The notes under the pieces: generated by a model | Database searches by the model: none | Told to the model about the DNA's origin: nothing | The model's input: the letters and a program-made list of their open reading frames with translations, nothing else | Virus record (IMG/VR): IMGVR_UViG_3300045988_168250 | Coordinates: 1-30,707 of that record | DNA length: 30,707 nucleotides | Direction: 5' to 3' (one strand) | From: a virus | In this document: one piece after another, positions 8,710-16,317 of the stretch | How positions within the stretch are numbered: position 1 is the stretch's first letter | Layout of the letters: every line of letters begins with the position of its first letter | Program-made: the position numbers and the translations under genes

Positions 8710-10157
8710 TTCTGCTCCTTTTTCTTTGCGGTCTTCTCTGTCAGACCATAGTACGCCAAAGATGCGGCCACGAGCGGGCTAATATCTGCGCCGGTGTCGG
8801 CACGCGCCCAGTGCCACAGGTCACTCATGCCCTTTGACCGGCGGCACGCCTGCACCGCCTCATCCAGGATAGGGTCGCCCAGGTGACGTACCTTCCCAGA
8901 GGCGATAGCGTCATAAAACGCACCACACGCACGGTCATACTCGCGGCCCGTGAGCCCCCACATCTGCCTTTGCAGAGCCGGGGACCCGCCGACGACACGC
9001 CCAGCCTGGCCAGCCAGCGTGTAGACCATCGCCGCCGGTGACCACGCCTTTTTTAGATCATCCATGCGGCCCGGCACCCACCCGGTACCGCCCTTATGGT
9101 CGATAATCTCGATGTGCACGGTGCCGTCATCACGCCAGGACGCGGCAGCCACCGACGCGATGTCAGACAGCGGGGTGACGTCCACGCCGAACGCAACATC
9201 CAAGCCAGCCTCGGAGTCCTCGTCGCGGCACTGCTCCCAGAAATCGGCGGGGATAGCAGACTCGCCGCCGACTTTCGACCAGATACCCAGGCGCTCGCGA
9301 TTGAATTCCTCCGCGCCCATAGTGCGCCGCTCATCCGCAACCCACTCGGGAGAAATTCGGAGGCCCAGGGCGGGATTTGCCATAGCCCACATTGCAGGGT
9401 CCGCCGGGTCGGCCCCATCAGGCGCAGACCACTCATAAAAAGCCAAATCGCCCGGGTCTCCACTCATAGCGCGGTCACGCACACGGGCCAGAACGTCGCT
9501 ATCGGGAAATCCAGCAGATGATGTATACCACACTTGCGGGTTGCCCTTCATGGTCTTCGCGGACAGCGCCGGGCGAGCCGCCGCCTCCACCTCAACAGGC
9601 AGGTTATACGCCTCATCAAATGCCAGCAGGTCGAACGTGTAGCCGCGAATCGAATCCTTCGAGCGCGCCTTAAACAACATGCGCGTTTTAGAGCGGCCAG
9701 ACGCTTTATCTGCCGCGACCGTGAAACTCATCTCTGAATTTCCGGTCTTGATTCCGGACATTTTGCCGCGCGGGTCGCCACGGTACCCCTCCATCATCTC
9801 GACCAGATAATCACAGCCGCGAATCAGAGACTCCATGCGCCGTTGATGCTCCGCCGCCGTACCGAAAAGGTGTGCAGTGTGAACAATGTTCTCGCTGAAA
9901 AGAAACAGCCCCGCGAGCTCGCGCGCCTCCAGCACCGAGCCCTTGCCATTCTGACGCGGGACGATAAGGCCAACATTTTTAGCGGCCCATTTCCCATCAT
10001 CATTGGTCGCGCACGCGCCACGCAGTACGTGCTCCTGCCACGGGTCCAGCATCAGACCAGCCACAGCGGCCAGGTCCACAGCATCATCACCCCGAGTAGT
10101 CACGTGCAGGGGAGTCACGTCAATGCGCGGGAGCTGAGAACCAACAACCGCGCCCAC
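8694..10157 (-). CDS. Terminase large subunit, 487 aa.
   Basis: Walker A-like VPRQNGKGS, Walker B-like LLAFDEA, and a nuclease-domain acidic residue pattern. Canonical position. Confidence 0.85.
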   Translation of the reverse strand: MGAVVGSQLPRIDVTPLHVTTRGDDAVDLAAVAGLMLDPWQEHVLRGACATNDDGKWAAKNVGLIVPRQNGKGSVLEARELAGLFLFSENIVHTAHLFGTAAEHQRRMESLIRGCDYLVEMMEGYRGDPRGKMSGIKTGNSEMSFTVAADKASGRSKTRMLFKARSKDSIRGYTFDLLAFDEAYNLPVEVEAAARPALSAKTMKGNPQVWYTSSAGFPDSDVLARVRDRAMSGDPGDLAFYEWSAPDGADPADPAMWAMANPALGLRISPEWVADERRTMGAEEFNRERLGIWSKVGGESAIPADFWEQCRDEDSEAGLDVAFGVDVTPLSDIASVAAASWRDDGTVHIEIIDHKGGTGWVPGRMDDLKKAWSPAAMVYTLAGQAGRVVGGSPALQRQMWGLTGREYDRACGAFYDAIASGKVRHLGDPILDEAVQACRRSKGMSDLWHWARADTGADISPLVAASLAYYGLTEKTAKKKEQKWLVL

Positions 10158-10669
10158 TATGCGCCACCAGCCGCGGCACGAGCCTCACGGGCCGCCCGCA
10201 CACGCGCCAACTCATCCACCAAAGACGGGCGCGAATTCGCAGGCTGGCCATCCGCCAGCTTCGCCTTCTCCGTCACCACATTCACCGCGGCAGAAATGAG
10301 ACCGGGCACGTCACGAGCAACCGCAACCTGCAACGAGGCGCGGGCGCGCAGCAGAAGCTCGTCGTAAATCTCGCTAGGTTCCGACAGCGCCGGAACCTCA
10401 ACCTCAATCGACTGGCCATAGGCCACAGTCTGACGGACACGCACCGTCTCACCGCCGGTATGTTTAACCGGCTCGACGGTTAAACGCGCCTCCTGCTCCT
10501 TCTTCACATTCCGACGAGTCTTCTTCTCGTCCTCCGCGCGCTTACGCTCACGATACACCGCCGCGTTCTTCCGCGACGCCTCGCGGCACGCAGGGCACGG
10601 CTCCTCACCAGCACGCTTGTGACGCATGAAAGCGGCGTAGGTGCCGTGCGGCTTCAGGTTGCGAGCCAT
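10157..10669 (-). CDS. Putative terminase small subunit, about 170 aa. ATG 10669, RBS GGAGGTG.
   Basis: Located immediately 5' of the large terminase. Basic N-terminus with the motif HGTYAAF..H...G...CPACREA, which recurs in actinophage small terminase and DNA-binding proteins. Assignment rests on position and motif only. Confidence 0.45.
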   Translation of the reverse strand: MARNLKPHGTYAAFMRHKRAGEEPCPACREASRKNAAVYRERKRAEDEKKTRRNVKKEQEARLTVEPVKHTGGETVRVRQTVAYGQSIEVEVPALSEPSEIYDELLLRARASLQVAVARDVPGLISAAVNVVTEKAKLADGQPANSRPSLVDELARVRAAREARAAAGGA

Positions 10670-10750
10670 TGCTGGCACCTCCAAACGTACAATTTCGGGC
10701 TGGGAGCGCCCGGGGGGAGAAACGACTATGACCGTAGGGGCTCAAATGGG

Positions 10751-10774
10751 GTGTAGGGGGGGTATGCCCCCCCC
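10751..10774 (-). terminator. GC hairpin (G7-tatg-C8 with gtgta/tacac outer arms) just downstream of the HNH gene and upstream of the small terminase gene.
   Basis: Inverted repeat visible at 10756-10762 / 10767-10774. Confidence 0.4.
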
Positions 10775-10788
10775 TCGCGTTACACAGT

Positions 10789-11079
10789 TTACCAGGCGCG
10801 TGTGGTTTTTGGTTTTTTGATTTGGCCTGGCAGGCGGCGTTTGCCGCGGCGTGAGTTGCAGCGCCTGTGTGCTGGGGCGAGTTGGCCGTAGAGGTTTCCG
10901 CCGTTTGCGATGGCGTCGAGGTGGTCGGCGGTGAATGACATGGGGTGTGTGGGCGGGAGCGTGAGGTCGATAGGCTGACCGCACAGGTGACAGGGCAGGC
11001 CCTGGGTTTCGACGGCGCGGCGGAGCGCCTTGGTGCGCTTGATATATTCGTGGGCGTTGTATTTTGTCTTTGTGCTCAT
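10789..11079 (-). CDS. HNH endonuclease, 96 aa.
   Basis: Motifs CHLCGQPID, FTADHLDAIANGGN and APAHRRCNSRRG fit the HNH nuclease signature. Sits next to terminase, as in cos-packaging phages. Confidence 0.8.
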   Translation of the reverse strand: MSTKTKYNAHEYIKRTKALRRAVETQGLPCHLCGQPIDLTLPPTHPMSFTADHLDAIANGGNLYGQLAPAHRRCNSRRGKRRLPGQIKKPKTTRAW

Positions 11080-11136
11080 GGTGCAAGTGTAGCCCCCCGC
11101 GCCTGTTGTGGTGCGGGGGCTATGTTTGGGGGGGGG

Positions 11137-11409
11137 TTACGCTTCGTAGGTTGCGGTTGCCCAGTCGTGCAGGGCTATGACAAGGCTCTGCGTTTTTTCT
11201 TTTCGGGTGCCGCCGGGGGTGGTGACGGCGACCTGCAGGATTGCCGTGATTACCTCCGAGATACGGCGCAGGTGTAGCGGATGTGTGTCTGGGACGGGCG
11301 CGTAGTTCTCTAGGTGCCAGGTGAGCACGGCGCGACTGTATTCGCTGATTGCCCAGTAGCCGGCTACTCGGCTGCTGTCGTCTAGGGTGAGGTGGATTTT
11401 AGCGCTCAT
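11137..11409 (-). CDS. Hypothetical protein, 90 aa.
   Basis: ORF with an 11-nt overlap to the upstream gene (translational coupling). Confidence 0.4.
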   Translation of the reverse strand: MSAKIHLTLDDSSRVAGYWAISEYSRAVLTWHLENYAPVPDTHPLHLRRISEVITAILQVAVTTPGGTRKEKTQSLVIALHDWATATYEA

Positions 11410-12097
11410 GGGTGGGGGCCTCCTCGATGTGCTCTAGGATGAAGCCGCCGTGCGGGGCTTGCTTGGTTGGCTTCAGTGCGCGGATGATGCGCCAGCCGCC
11501 GCCGAGTACGTGGCCTTCCAGGGCCTCGATGCAGATTGGGGATTGCTCGGAGGCGACGGTGACGAGCGTGGGCTCTGCGTCGCTGGGCTTGCCGGGGATT
11601 TTGAAGTCTATGTGTGAGAGGCATTTGCCGAGGTGTGAGAGGCGCTCGTGCTCGCTATCGTACCGGCTGGCGATGCGGACGACGGCGAATTTTTGGGTTT
11701 CCGTTCCTAGGTGGACGTCCAGCTCTAGGATGGCCGTGGTCGCGGCTTCGCTGAGGTACCCGATGGCGATGTTCTCTAGCGTGGGGCCCAAGCCGTTGTC
11801 GTGGAGGAAATATTCGATGTCTTCAATATCACATTCGGTCGCGTTGCTGTATAGGCGCAGGGGCACGACCGCCTTAAGCGGATCGCCGTTCACGGGGGCA
11901 GCGTTGAGAATCTGGCACAGGCGCGCCATAGTCGCTCCGCTTGCTCGGGCTATGAATTTCAGGTCACCCGACGGGTTCGTCTCAAGTGTGACGTCGAGGT
12001 TTGCGAGCGCGGGGTGTCGCTTGATGGCGGCTTCGGGGTCGAAGATTTCCCCATCGGGGTTCTTGAACATGGTCTTTTGGCGGTTGGTGGTGCTCAT
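11399..12097 (-). CDS. Hypothetical protein, about 232 aa. ATG at 12097 overlaps the upstream stop as ATGA.
   Basis: Long ORF 11399..12145 trimmed to the internal Met that overlaps the stop of 12094..12318. Confidence 0.5.
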   Translation of the reverse strand: MSTTNRQKTMFKNPDGEIFDPEAAIKRHPALANLDVTLETNPSGDLKFIARASGATMARLCQILNAAPVNGDPLKAVVPLRLYSNATECDIEDIEYFLHDNGLGPTLENIAIGYLSEAATTAILELDVHLGTETQKFAVVRIASRYDSEHERLSHLGKCLSHIDFKIPGKPSDAEPTLVTVASEQSPICIEALEGHVLGGGWRIIRALKPTKQAPHGGFILEHIEEAPTHER

Positions 12098-12318
12098 TTG
12101 GGGGCCTTTCGGTTGTAGGGGGCTCGGTGGGTCTTTTGGAGCCATGCGTCGTAGCGGCGCATTTCGGTCTCGGTGTAGAGGCGCACGGTCTGTGTTGGGG
12201 TTTGGGCGTATTCGATTTCGGGTGTGAGGTGGCCGGCGGCTCGGTCTAGGGCGACGAGGTATCGGTGGCGCCCGATGCGGGCGGCAACCTTGGCCTCGGT
12301 TAGCAGGTTTGTGGTCAT
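12094..12318 (-). CDS. Small HTH DNA-binding protein, excisionase/AlpA-like, 74 aa.
   Basis: The N-terminal LTEAKVAARIGRHRYLVALDRAAG region resembles HTH_17 excisionase-family helices. Confidence 0.4.
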   Translation of the reverse strand: MTTNLLTEAKVAARIGRHRYLVALDRAAGHLTPEIEYAQTPTQTVRLYTETEMRRYDAWLQKTHRAPYNRKAPK

Positions 12319-12326
12319 CGTGTCTT

Positions 12327-12704
12327 TCAGTGGTGGTTATTTTCTGGGTTTAGGCGGGCGCGGCGGGCTTGGAGCCACGCGTCGAGAGCGCGGCGGTTGT
12401 GTTCGGTTGTGGCGCGTATCTCTTCCTCGGTTTTTCTGGGTTTGGGGCGGGTGCGGGGCGGGACGTTCGCGATTTTCCCGGCCTTTTTGGCTCGGGAGTA
12501 TGCGCGTTTGCGGCATGTGTCGCAGTCGGGGTTTGTGTCGTCGAGGTCCCATCCGCATTTTACGCAGCTGGTTTTATCGGGGATTGTGTCTTTTGCGTCG
12601 GGGTGCCCTTGGGCGCGCCATCTGGAGTGCCGGGCGGAACAGCGGTGGCACCCGGGGGTGTATTCCTCGCGGGGGCCACCGCATCCCGGGCATGTGGTAG
12701 TCAT
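12327..12704 (-). CDS. Cys-rich zinc-ribbon protein with four CxxC pairs, 125 aa.
   Basis: CPGC...CHRC and CVKC...CDTC motifs. Basic C-terminus. Confidence 0.5.
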   Translation of the reverse strand: MTTTCPGCGGPREEYTPGCHRCSARHSRWRAQGHPDAKDTIPDKTSCVKCGWDLDDTNPDCDTCRKRAYSRAKKAGKIANVPPRTRPKPRKTEEEIRATTEHNRRALDAWLQARRARLNPENNHH

Positions 12705-12838
12705 GATGTTTTTCCCTTTCGGTGTGGTTATTCGTCTAGCCAGCTATGCAGGGGCTCATCCCCGCTCGCGCGGGGAACACCGGCGGTGTGCGGTACGGTT
12801 TCGGTCGCGGCGTTTAGTCATTGGGGTGTGCCCCGTCG

Positions 12839-13399
12839 CTAGAGATTCTTAATAGCGTCGTCGATGCGTTGCCGGGTGAGCCTAAACGTGGCGTCCTGAG
12901 AGTTCGCCTCCATCTGCCAGGCGATTTCTCGCTCGCGCTCATTGTCCAGCCATTCCGTAAGGCGGTTAGCTATATTCTCCGGGCGGTTGCACTCGATAAT
13001 CACCTTGTCGATGGTGTTGCTGTATACCGGTACCCAGCACCCATAATAAATGGGGGTGCCCTTCCTATCCCAGCCAAAAAGGTTATTATGACCGCCTACG
13101 AAGCGGCGCGCGTGCTCTTTGATGTCGTAATCCTTGCTGAGCACGAAGCTACGTGAGTTAGCGCCGTACATGTTGCTTGTCGGAAAGTTTGCGCGTTCGG
13201 GGTGGTAAATCTCCACGAAGTTGTGACCTTTACCGCAATCGTAGCTATGGGTCGGGAGGTTGCCGTGCTTAAACCAGTCTGCCAGCCACTTGTCATAGAG
13301 CGTGACCTGAAAGTCGATAAGGTTTTCATTTTTCGGGGTTACGGGCGGTTCTGCGGGTGTGGTGGTTTTTCCTTGGAAAAGGTCGAGTATGCCGGGCAT
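12839..13399 (-). CDS. Hypothetical protein, 186 aa, with lower GC than its surroundings (moron-like).
   Basis: ORF 12839..13399. The region is visibly more AT-rich than the rest of the genome. No recognisable motif. Confidence 0.5.
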   Translation of the reverse strand: MPGILDLFQGKTTTPAEPPVTPKNENLIDFQVTLYDKWLADWFKHGNLPTHSYDCGKGHNFVEIYHPERANFPTSNMYGANSRSFVLSKDYDIKEHARRFVGGHNNLFGWDRKGTPIYYGCWVPVYSNTIDKVIIECNRPENIANRLTEWLDNEREREIAWQMEANSQDATFRLTRQRIDDAIKNL

Positions 13400-13459
13400 G
13401 GTGTTTGTTCCTTTCGGGTTTGGGGTGCCCCGCCCGGTGAGGGGCGGGGCGTTGGTTGT

Positions 13460-13633
13460 GTGGGTTGGGTTAGCAGATGGTCTCGTCGCCGCCGACCATC
13501 ACGACGGTATCGGGGTCGATACCGCAGGCGGCCATCTTCTTGCACCTGGTCTCGAAGAATTCTTCTATGTCCGCTTCGGTTACCGGGCGGTGGTAGCCCT
13601 TGGTGGCGATTTCCTTGTTGAATTCCTTGATAG
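13460..13633 (-). CDS. Small Cys-containing protein, 57 aa (MTRSIKEFNKEIATKGYHRPVTEADIEEFFETRCKKMAACGIDPDTVVMVGGDETIC). It falls below the ORF-track length cutoff.
   Basis: Hand translation. Perfect RBS AAGGAGAAAC 6 nt upstream of the ATG at 13633. Stop TAA at 13462-13460. Lies immediately downstream of promoter P1. Confidence 0.55.
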
Positions 13634-13683
13634 AGCGGGTCATTTGGGTTTCTCCTTGGTTTGGTGTAGGGGGTTTGTTCCCC

Positions 13684-13713
13684 CTACACCTATATTATGG
13701 CACATGTGCCAAC
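13684..13713 (-). promoter_or_regulatory. Promoter P1 on the minus strand: TTGATA-N18-CATAAT, with the perfect palindrome TGGCACATGTGCCA (13688-13701) in the spacer and overlapping the -10. A perfect 11-bp hairpin (13653-13680) lies at the predicted 5' end of the transcript.
   Basis: Read directly. The same architecture is seen at 17656-17685 and 20143-20171. Confidence 0.55.
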
Positions 13714-13739
13714 CTGTTATCAAGGCGGCTGGCTGTGAA

Positions 13740-14234
13740 TTACGCCACAATAAGCTCCAAATCCTGAATATCGAAGACCCCGCCGGCGGACATGACCAGC
13801 TCGGCATAGGCGGCGACCGTCTCGACTGTCAGCGGCATCGGGTGGACGCGCAGCAGCTCGCCGTACTCCGGGAACCACCGGCGGGTGTCAAAATCACCGG
13901 CCAGGAATTCGTCTACCGCGACGCCGCGGATGCCCTTCCAGTCTCGTGCGTCGATGCTGGTGATGCGGTCGACTACCAGGTGGTATGAGCTGATGGTTCC
14001 GCCGTGTGGGTGCGGGCAGTCGATAAACCAGCGGTGAGCGCGGGTGTAGGCTCGGGTGGTGTTCGCGTCGATGCGGGCCGTGGTCTCTTCGCTGAAGGCC
14101 GGCAGGCTGAGAAGCTTCGCGGCGGCCTCGAGTACGGCGACGTGCTCGCGCAGGGTGCGGGCCTCGCTCTTGATGGCCTTGTCGTTGATGACGCCCTGGA
14201 TGGTGAAGTGGGTGAGGGGTGTGATGGTGATCAT
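13740..14234 (-). CDS. Hypothetical protein, 164 aa. RBS AAAGGAGAAA.
   Basis: ORF with a strong SD. Confidence 0.5.
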   Translation of the reverse strand: MITITPLTHFTIQGVINDKAIKSEARTLREHVAVLEAAAKLLSLPAFSEETTARIDANTTRAYTRAHRWFIDCPHPHGGTISSYHLVVDRITSIDARDWKGIRGVAVDEFLAGDFDTRRWFPEYGELLRVHPMPLTVETVAAYAELVMSAGGVFDIQDLELIVA

Positions 14235-14330
14235 GGGGGTTTCTCCTTTTGTGGTTCGGAAGGTGCCGGGCGGCGGCGCGTGGTTCGGAAGGTGCCGCCG
14301 CCTGGCGGTTATCGGTGGTTTGTGCGGTGC

Positions 14331-14609
14331 TTAGTGCTTGCGGGCGTATGCGTCGCCGTAATTCTCGTCTACCCAGCGGTAGAACGCTTCGCGAGCGCTC
14401 ATCTTGCCGTAGCTTTCGCCTTCGCCCCTTGCGCTCAGCTTTGCGTAGGTGTCCCAGTCGCCGGTGTTGTAGACGGTGACGGTGCTGTTCTTGCCGCGGG
14501 GCGGGCGCTCGAGGTATGCGTAGGTGTCGTCGAGGCGGTCGATGCTGTAGACGGCGGGGCAAGCGATGTAGAGCTTGAATCCCTTGTAGGTGTAGGTGGG
14601 GCGTGCCAT
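14331..14609 (-). CDS. Hypothetical protein, 92 aa. ATG 14609, RBS AAGGAGAAC.
   Basis: Track ORF 14331..14672 trimmed to the Met with a strong SD. Confidence 0.5.
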   Translation of the reverse strand: MARPTYTYKGFKLYIACPAVYSIDRLDDTYAYLERPPRGKNSTVTVYNTGDWDTYAKLSARGEGESYGKMSAREAFYRWVDENYGDAYARKH

Positions 14610-14643
14610 TTTTGTTCTCCTTTGTTCCTTGGTTGATACTTCT

Positions 14644-14672
14644 ACTATACACGCCGTTGTCAGGTGTGGCAA
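14644..14672 (-). promoter_or_regulatory. Near-consensus sigma70-type promoter P3 on the minus strand: TTGCCA-N17-TATAGT, upstream of the 92-aa gene.
   Basis: Read directly. -35 at 14672-14667, -10 at 14649-14644. Confidence 0.5.
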
Positions 14673-14700
14673 CTTATTTTTGTGTGAAGTGCATCACATT

Positions 14701-15108
14701 TCAGACAGGCCGCACCTCCACCCAAACGCCCGGCACCGCGCCCTCGTCATCCTCGTACCTTTTGGTGACCTCCATGCTCACCACGCGCGAATCGTCACGC
14801 CATACGCCCGCATCAGTCAGCGCGTCAAAAACCGCGCGGGTGAGCTTGTCCAGGTCTGGCTTGACCGCCGGCAGGCCCCACCGCGGGCGCTTAGGCCGCG
14901 GCATCGTGAATCCAAGGTAGACGCGGCACGGCTCATCCAGCGTCTCCCAGCCCGCTTCTGCTATCGCCGCCTCGGCAGCCGAACGCACCGCCGCCCTCCA
15001 CGGCTTCAGACGCGCGTTCGCATCCACCAGCACGGCCCGGACGCCGCGCACATATGCATTTTTCGACCCTTGGGGCACCGGGGCGCCCTCGACAAAAAAA
15101 TCTAGCAT
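14701..15108 (-). CDS. rusA: RusA-family Holliday junction resolvase, about 135 aa. ATG 15108, RBS GAGAGG.
   Basis: The motifs FFVEGAPVPQGSKNAY and KPDLDKLTRAVFDALTDAGVWRDDSRVV match RusA catalytic and dimer-interface signatures. Confidence 0.75.
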   Translation of the reverse strand: MLDFFVEGAPVPQGSKNAYVRGVRAVLVDANARLKPWRAAVRSAAEAAIAEAGWETLDEPCRVYLGFTMPRPKRPRWGLPAVKPDLDKLTRAVFDALTDAGVWRDDSRVVSMEVTKRYEDDEGAVPGVWVEVRPV

Positions 15109-15124
15109 GGACACCTCTCGGAGG

Positions 15125-15162
15125 CTAAAAGAATACCCCCACCCATACCAGGGTGGGGGTAT
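15125..15162 (-). terminator. Intrinsic terminator: a perfect 12-bp stem (atacccccaccc/gggtgggggtat) followed by UCUUUU on the minus transcript. It lies between the SSB and rusA genes.
   Basis: Inverted repeat 15133-15144 / 15151-15162 with a T-rich tract downstream on the minus strand. Confidence 0.6.
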
Positions 15163-15307
15163 CCATAACTATGTAAGGAGAAAGCATGTCCGCGCTCGCG
15201 CGGGCCTACTCTGCGAGACCAGTATAGCACAAGTCCCCCAGGCCGTGATTAGCCGAGGGGACTTGCGTATACCATTCCGCACACTCTACAGGAGTACGTC
15301 TAGCATA

Positions 15308-15841
15308 TCACAGGCGCTCGCCCATAATCACGCGGCGCGGCGCGTCATCCGCGCCCTGCTGTGCCCACGGGTCCGCCTGCTGGGCGAAACCGCCCGCCTG
15401 TACGGTGGGCCAGGCGCTCACCTGCTGCTGAACCTGAACCTGAGCCGGGGCCGGGGCGCCCTGTGCGGGCTGGGCCTGCGCGGGTGCGGCGCTCGCATCA
15501 CGCGGCGGGTAAAGCGGCAACGCGACCAGAGACGCGGACAGCTCCAGGGTCTTGCCCCTCTGGCCGTCCTTGCCCTCCCACTCGCGCAGACGCTCCGACC
15601 CCTGCACGGTCACGGCCATGCCCTTGGCGAGCACGGTCTGCAAATATTCTGGCTTCATGAGGCCACGCTCCCACACGGACACGGAGCGCCAGGTGGTGCC
15701 GGCGGTCTCCCACTCGCCCGTCTGAGGATTTTTTGCGCGGTGGTCCTCGGCCAGCTGGAAATTCAGCACCGGCAGGCCGGTCCCGGTGTAGCGGAGCTTC
15801 GGGTCGGACCCGATACGTCCAGTAATTGTGATATTGGTCAC
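15308..15841 (-). CDS. ssb: Single-stranded DNA-binding protein (OB fold), 177 aa, with a Gln/Ala/Pro-rich linker. GTG start overlaps the upstream TGA as GTGA.
   Basis: The N-terminal MTNITITGRIGSDPKLRYTGTGLPVLNFQLA...TWRSVSVWERG...KGMAVTVQGSERLREWE region matches the bacterial SSB OB fold. Confidence 0.8.
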   Translation of the reverse strand: MTNITITGRIGSDPKLRYTGTGLPVLNFQLAEDHRAKNPQTGEWETAGTTWRSVSVWERGLMKPEYLQTVLAKGMAVTVQGSERLREWEGKDGQRGKTLELSASLVALPLYPPRDASAAPAQAQPAQGAPAPAQVQVQQQVSAWPTVQAGGFAQQADPWAQQGADDAPRRVIMGERL

Positions 15842-16317
15842 TTTTTCGCCCCTTCGGTCAGAAATTTCAGATTTGCGGGGGGCTCGGCGCGCTCTAGCGG
15901 CGGCACTTCCCGGTACTCCACCGGGGTGATGTCGGCGGCGCGGCGCACATAGGCCGGCAGCTCGCCCGCGGCGGCAGTGTAGGCGAACACGAGCTCATTC
16001 CAGTCCTCCACCTCATCGCATGTGGCGGGGGTGAGCTCGGAGAGCTTGCGTTGGATGGCGCGAGCGCGGCGGAGCTTGCCGCCGATTTTCTTGTCCAGCT
16101 CATCCCACGCCTTGGTAATATGCCCGGGCTGGAGCTTCAGCATTTGGGGAACGTGGTAGATGTGCGCGACGATGAGCGCGGCGTGCTGGTCTGGCACATC
16201 CTGGAGCCATACCTCGGACCAGGATTTCGCGCGGGCCGGCGTCATTGGCTCATCCTGGAGGCGGGTATCTGCGCTCGCGGCGAGCGAGTACAGCTGGATG
16301 ATGGTCTCTGGCTTCAT
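15838..16317 (-). CDS. Hypothetical protein, 159 aa, translationally coupled between the initiator-like gene and SSB.
   Basis: ATGA and GTGA overlaps on both sides. Confidence 0.5.
   Translation of the reverse strand: MKPETIIQLYSLAASADTRLQDEPMTPARAKSWSEVWLQDVPDQHAALIVAHIYHVPQMLKLQPGHITKAWDELDKKIGGKLRRARAIQRKLSELTPATCDEVEDWNELVFAYTAAAGELPAYVRRAADITPVEYREVPPLERAEPPANLKFLTEGAKK

Noticed and set aside
10157-10684. Alternative start of the terS-like gene at 10684 (MEVPAMARN...)
   Set aside because: The ATG at 10669 has a well-spaced GGAGGTG Shine-Dalgarno sequence. The upstream extension has none.
14644-14672. tgtcaggtgtggcaa as a fourth TGGCA operator
   Set aside because: The half-sites are in the wrong relative orientation (TGTCA-N4-TGGCA, not TGGCA-N4-TGCCA). 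The TGGCAA is simply the reverse complement of the -35 TTGCCA of promoter P3.
15175-15228. Tiny plus-strand ORF with a perfect SD (taAGGAGaaagcATG, 13 codons) inside the SSB-rusA intergenic region
   Set aside because: It is only 13 codons, it lies on the strand opposite to the whole surrounding block, and no promoter is evident. It is probably a chance SD-like motif, so it is noted but not called.
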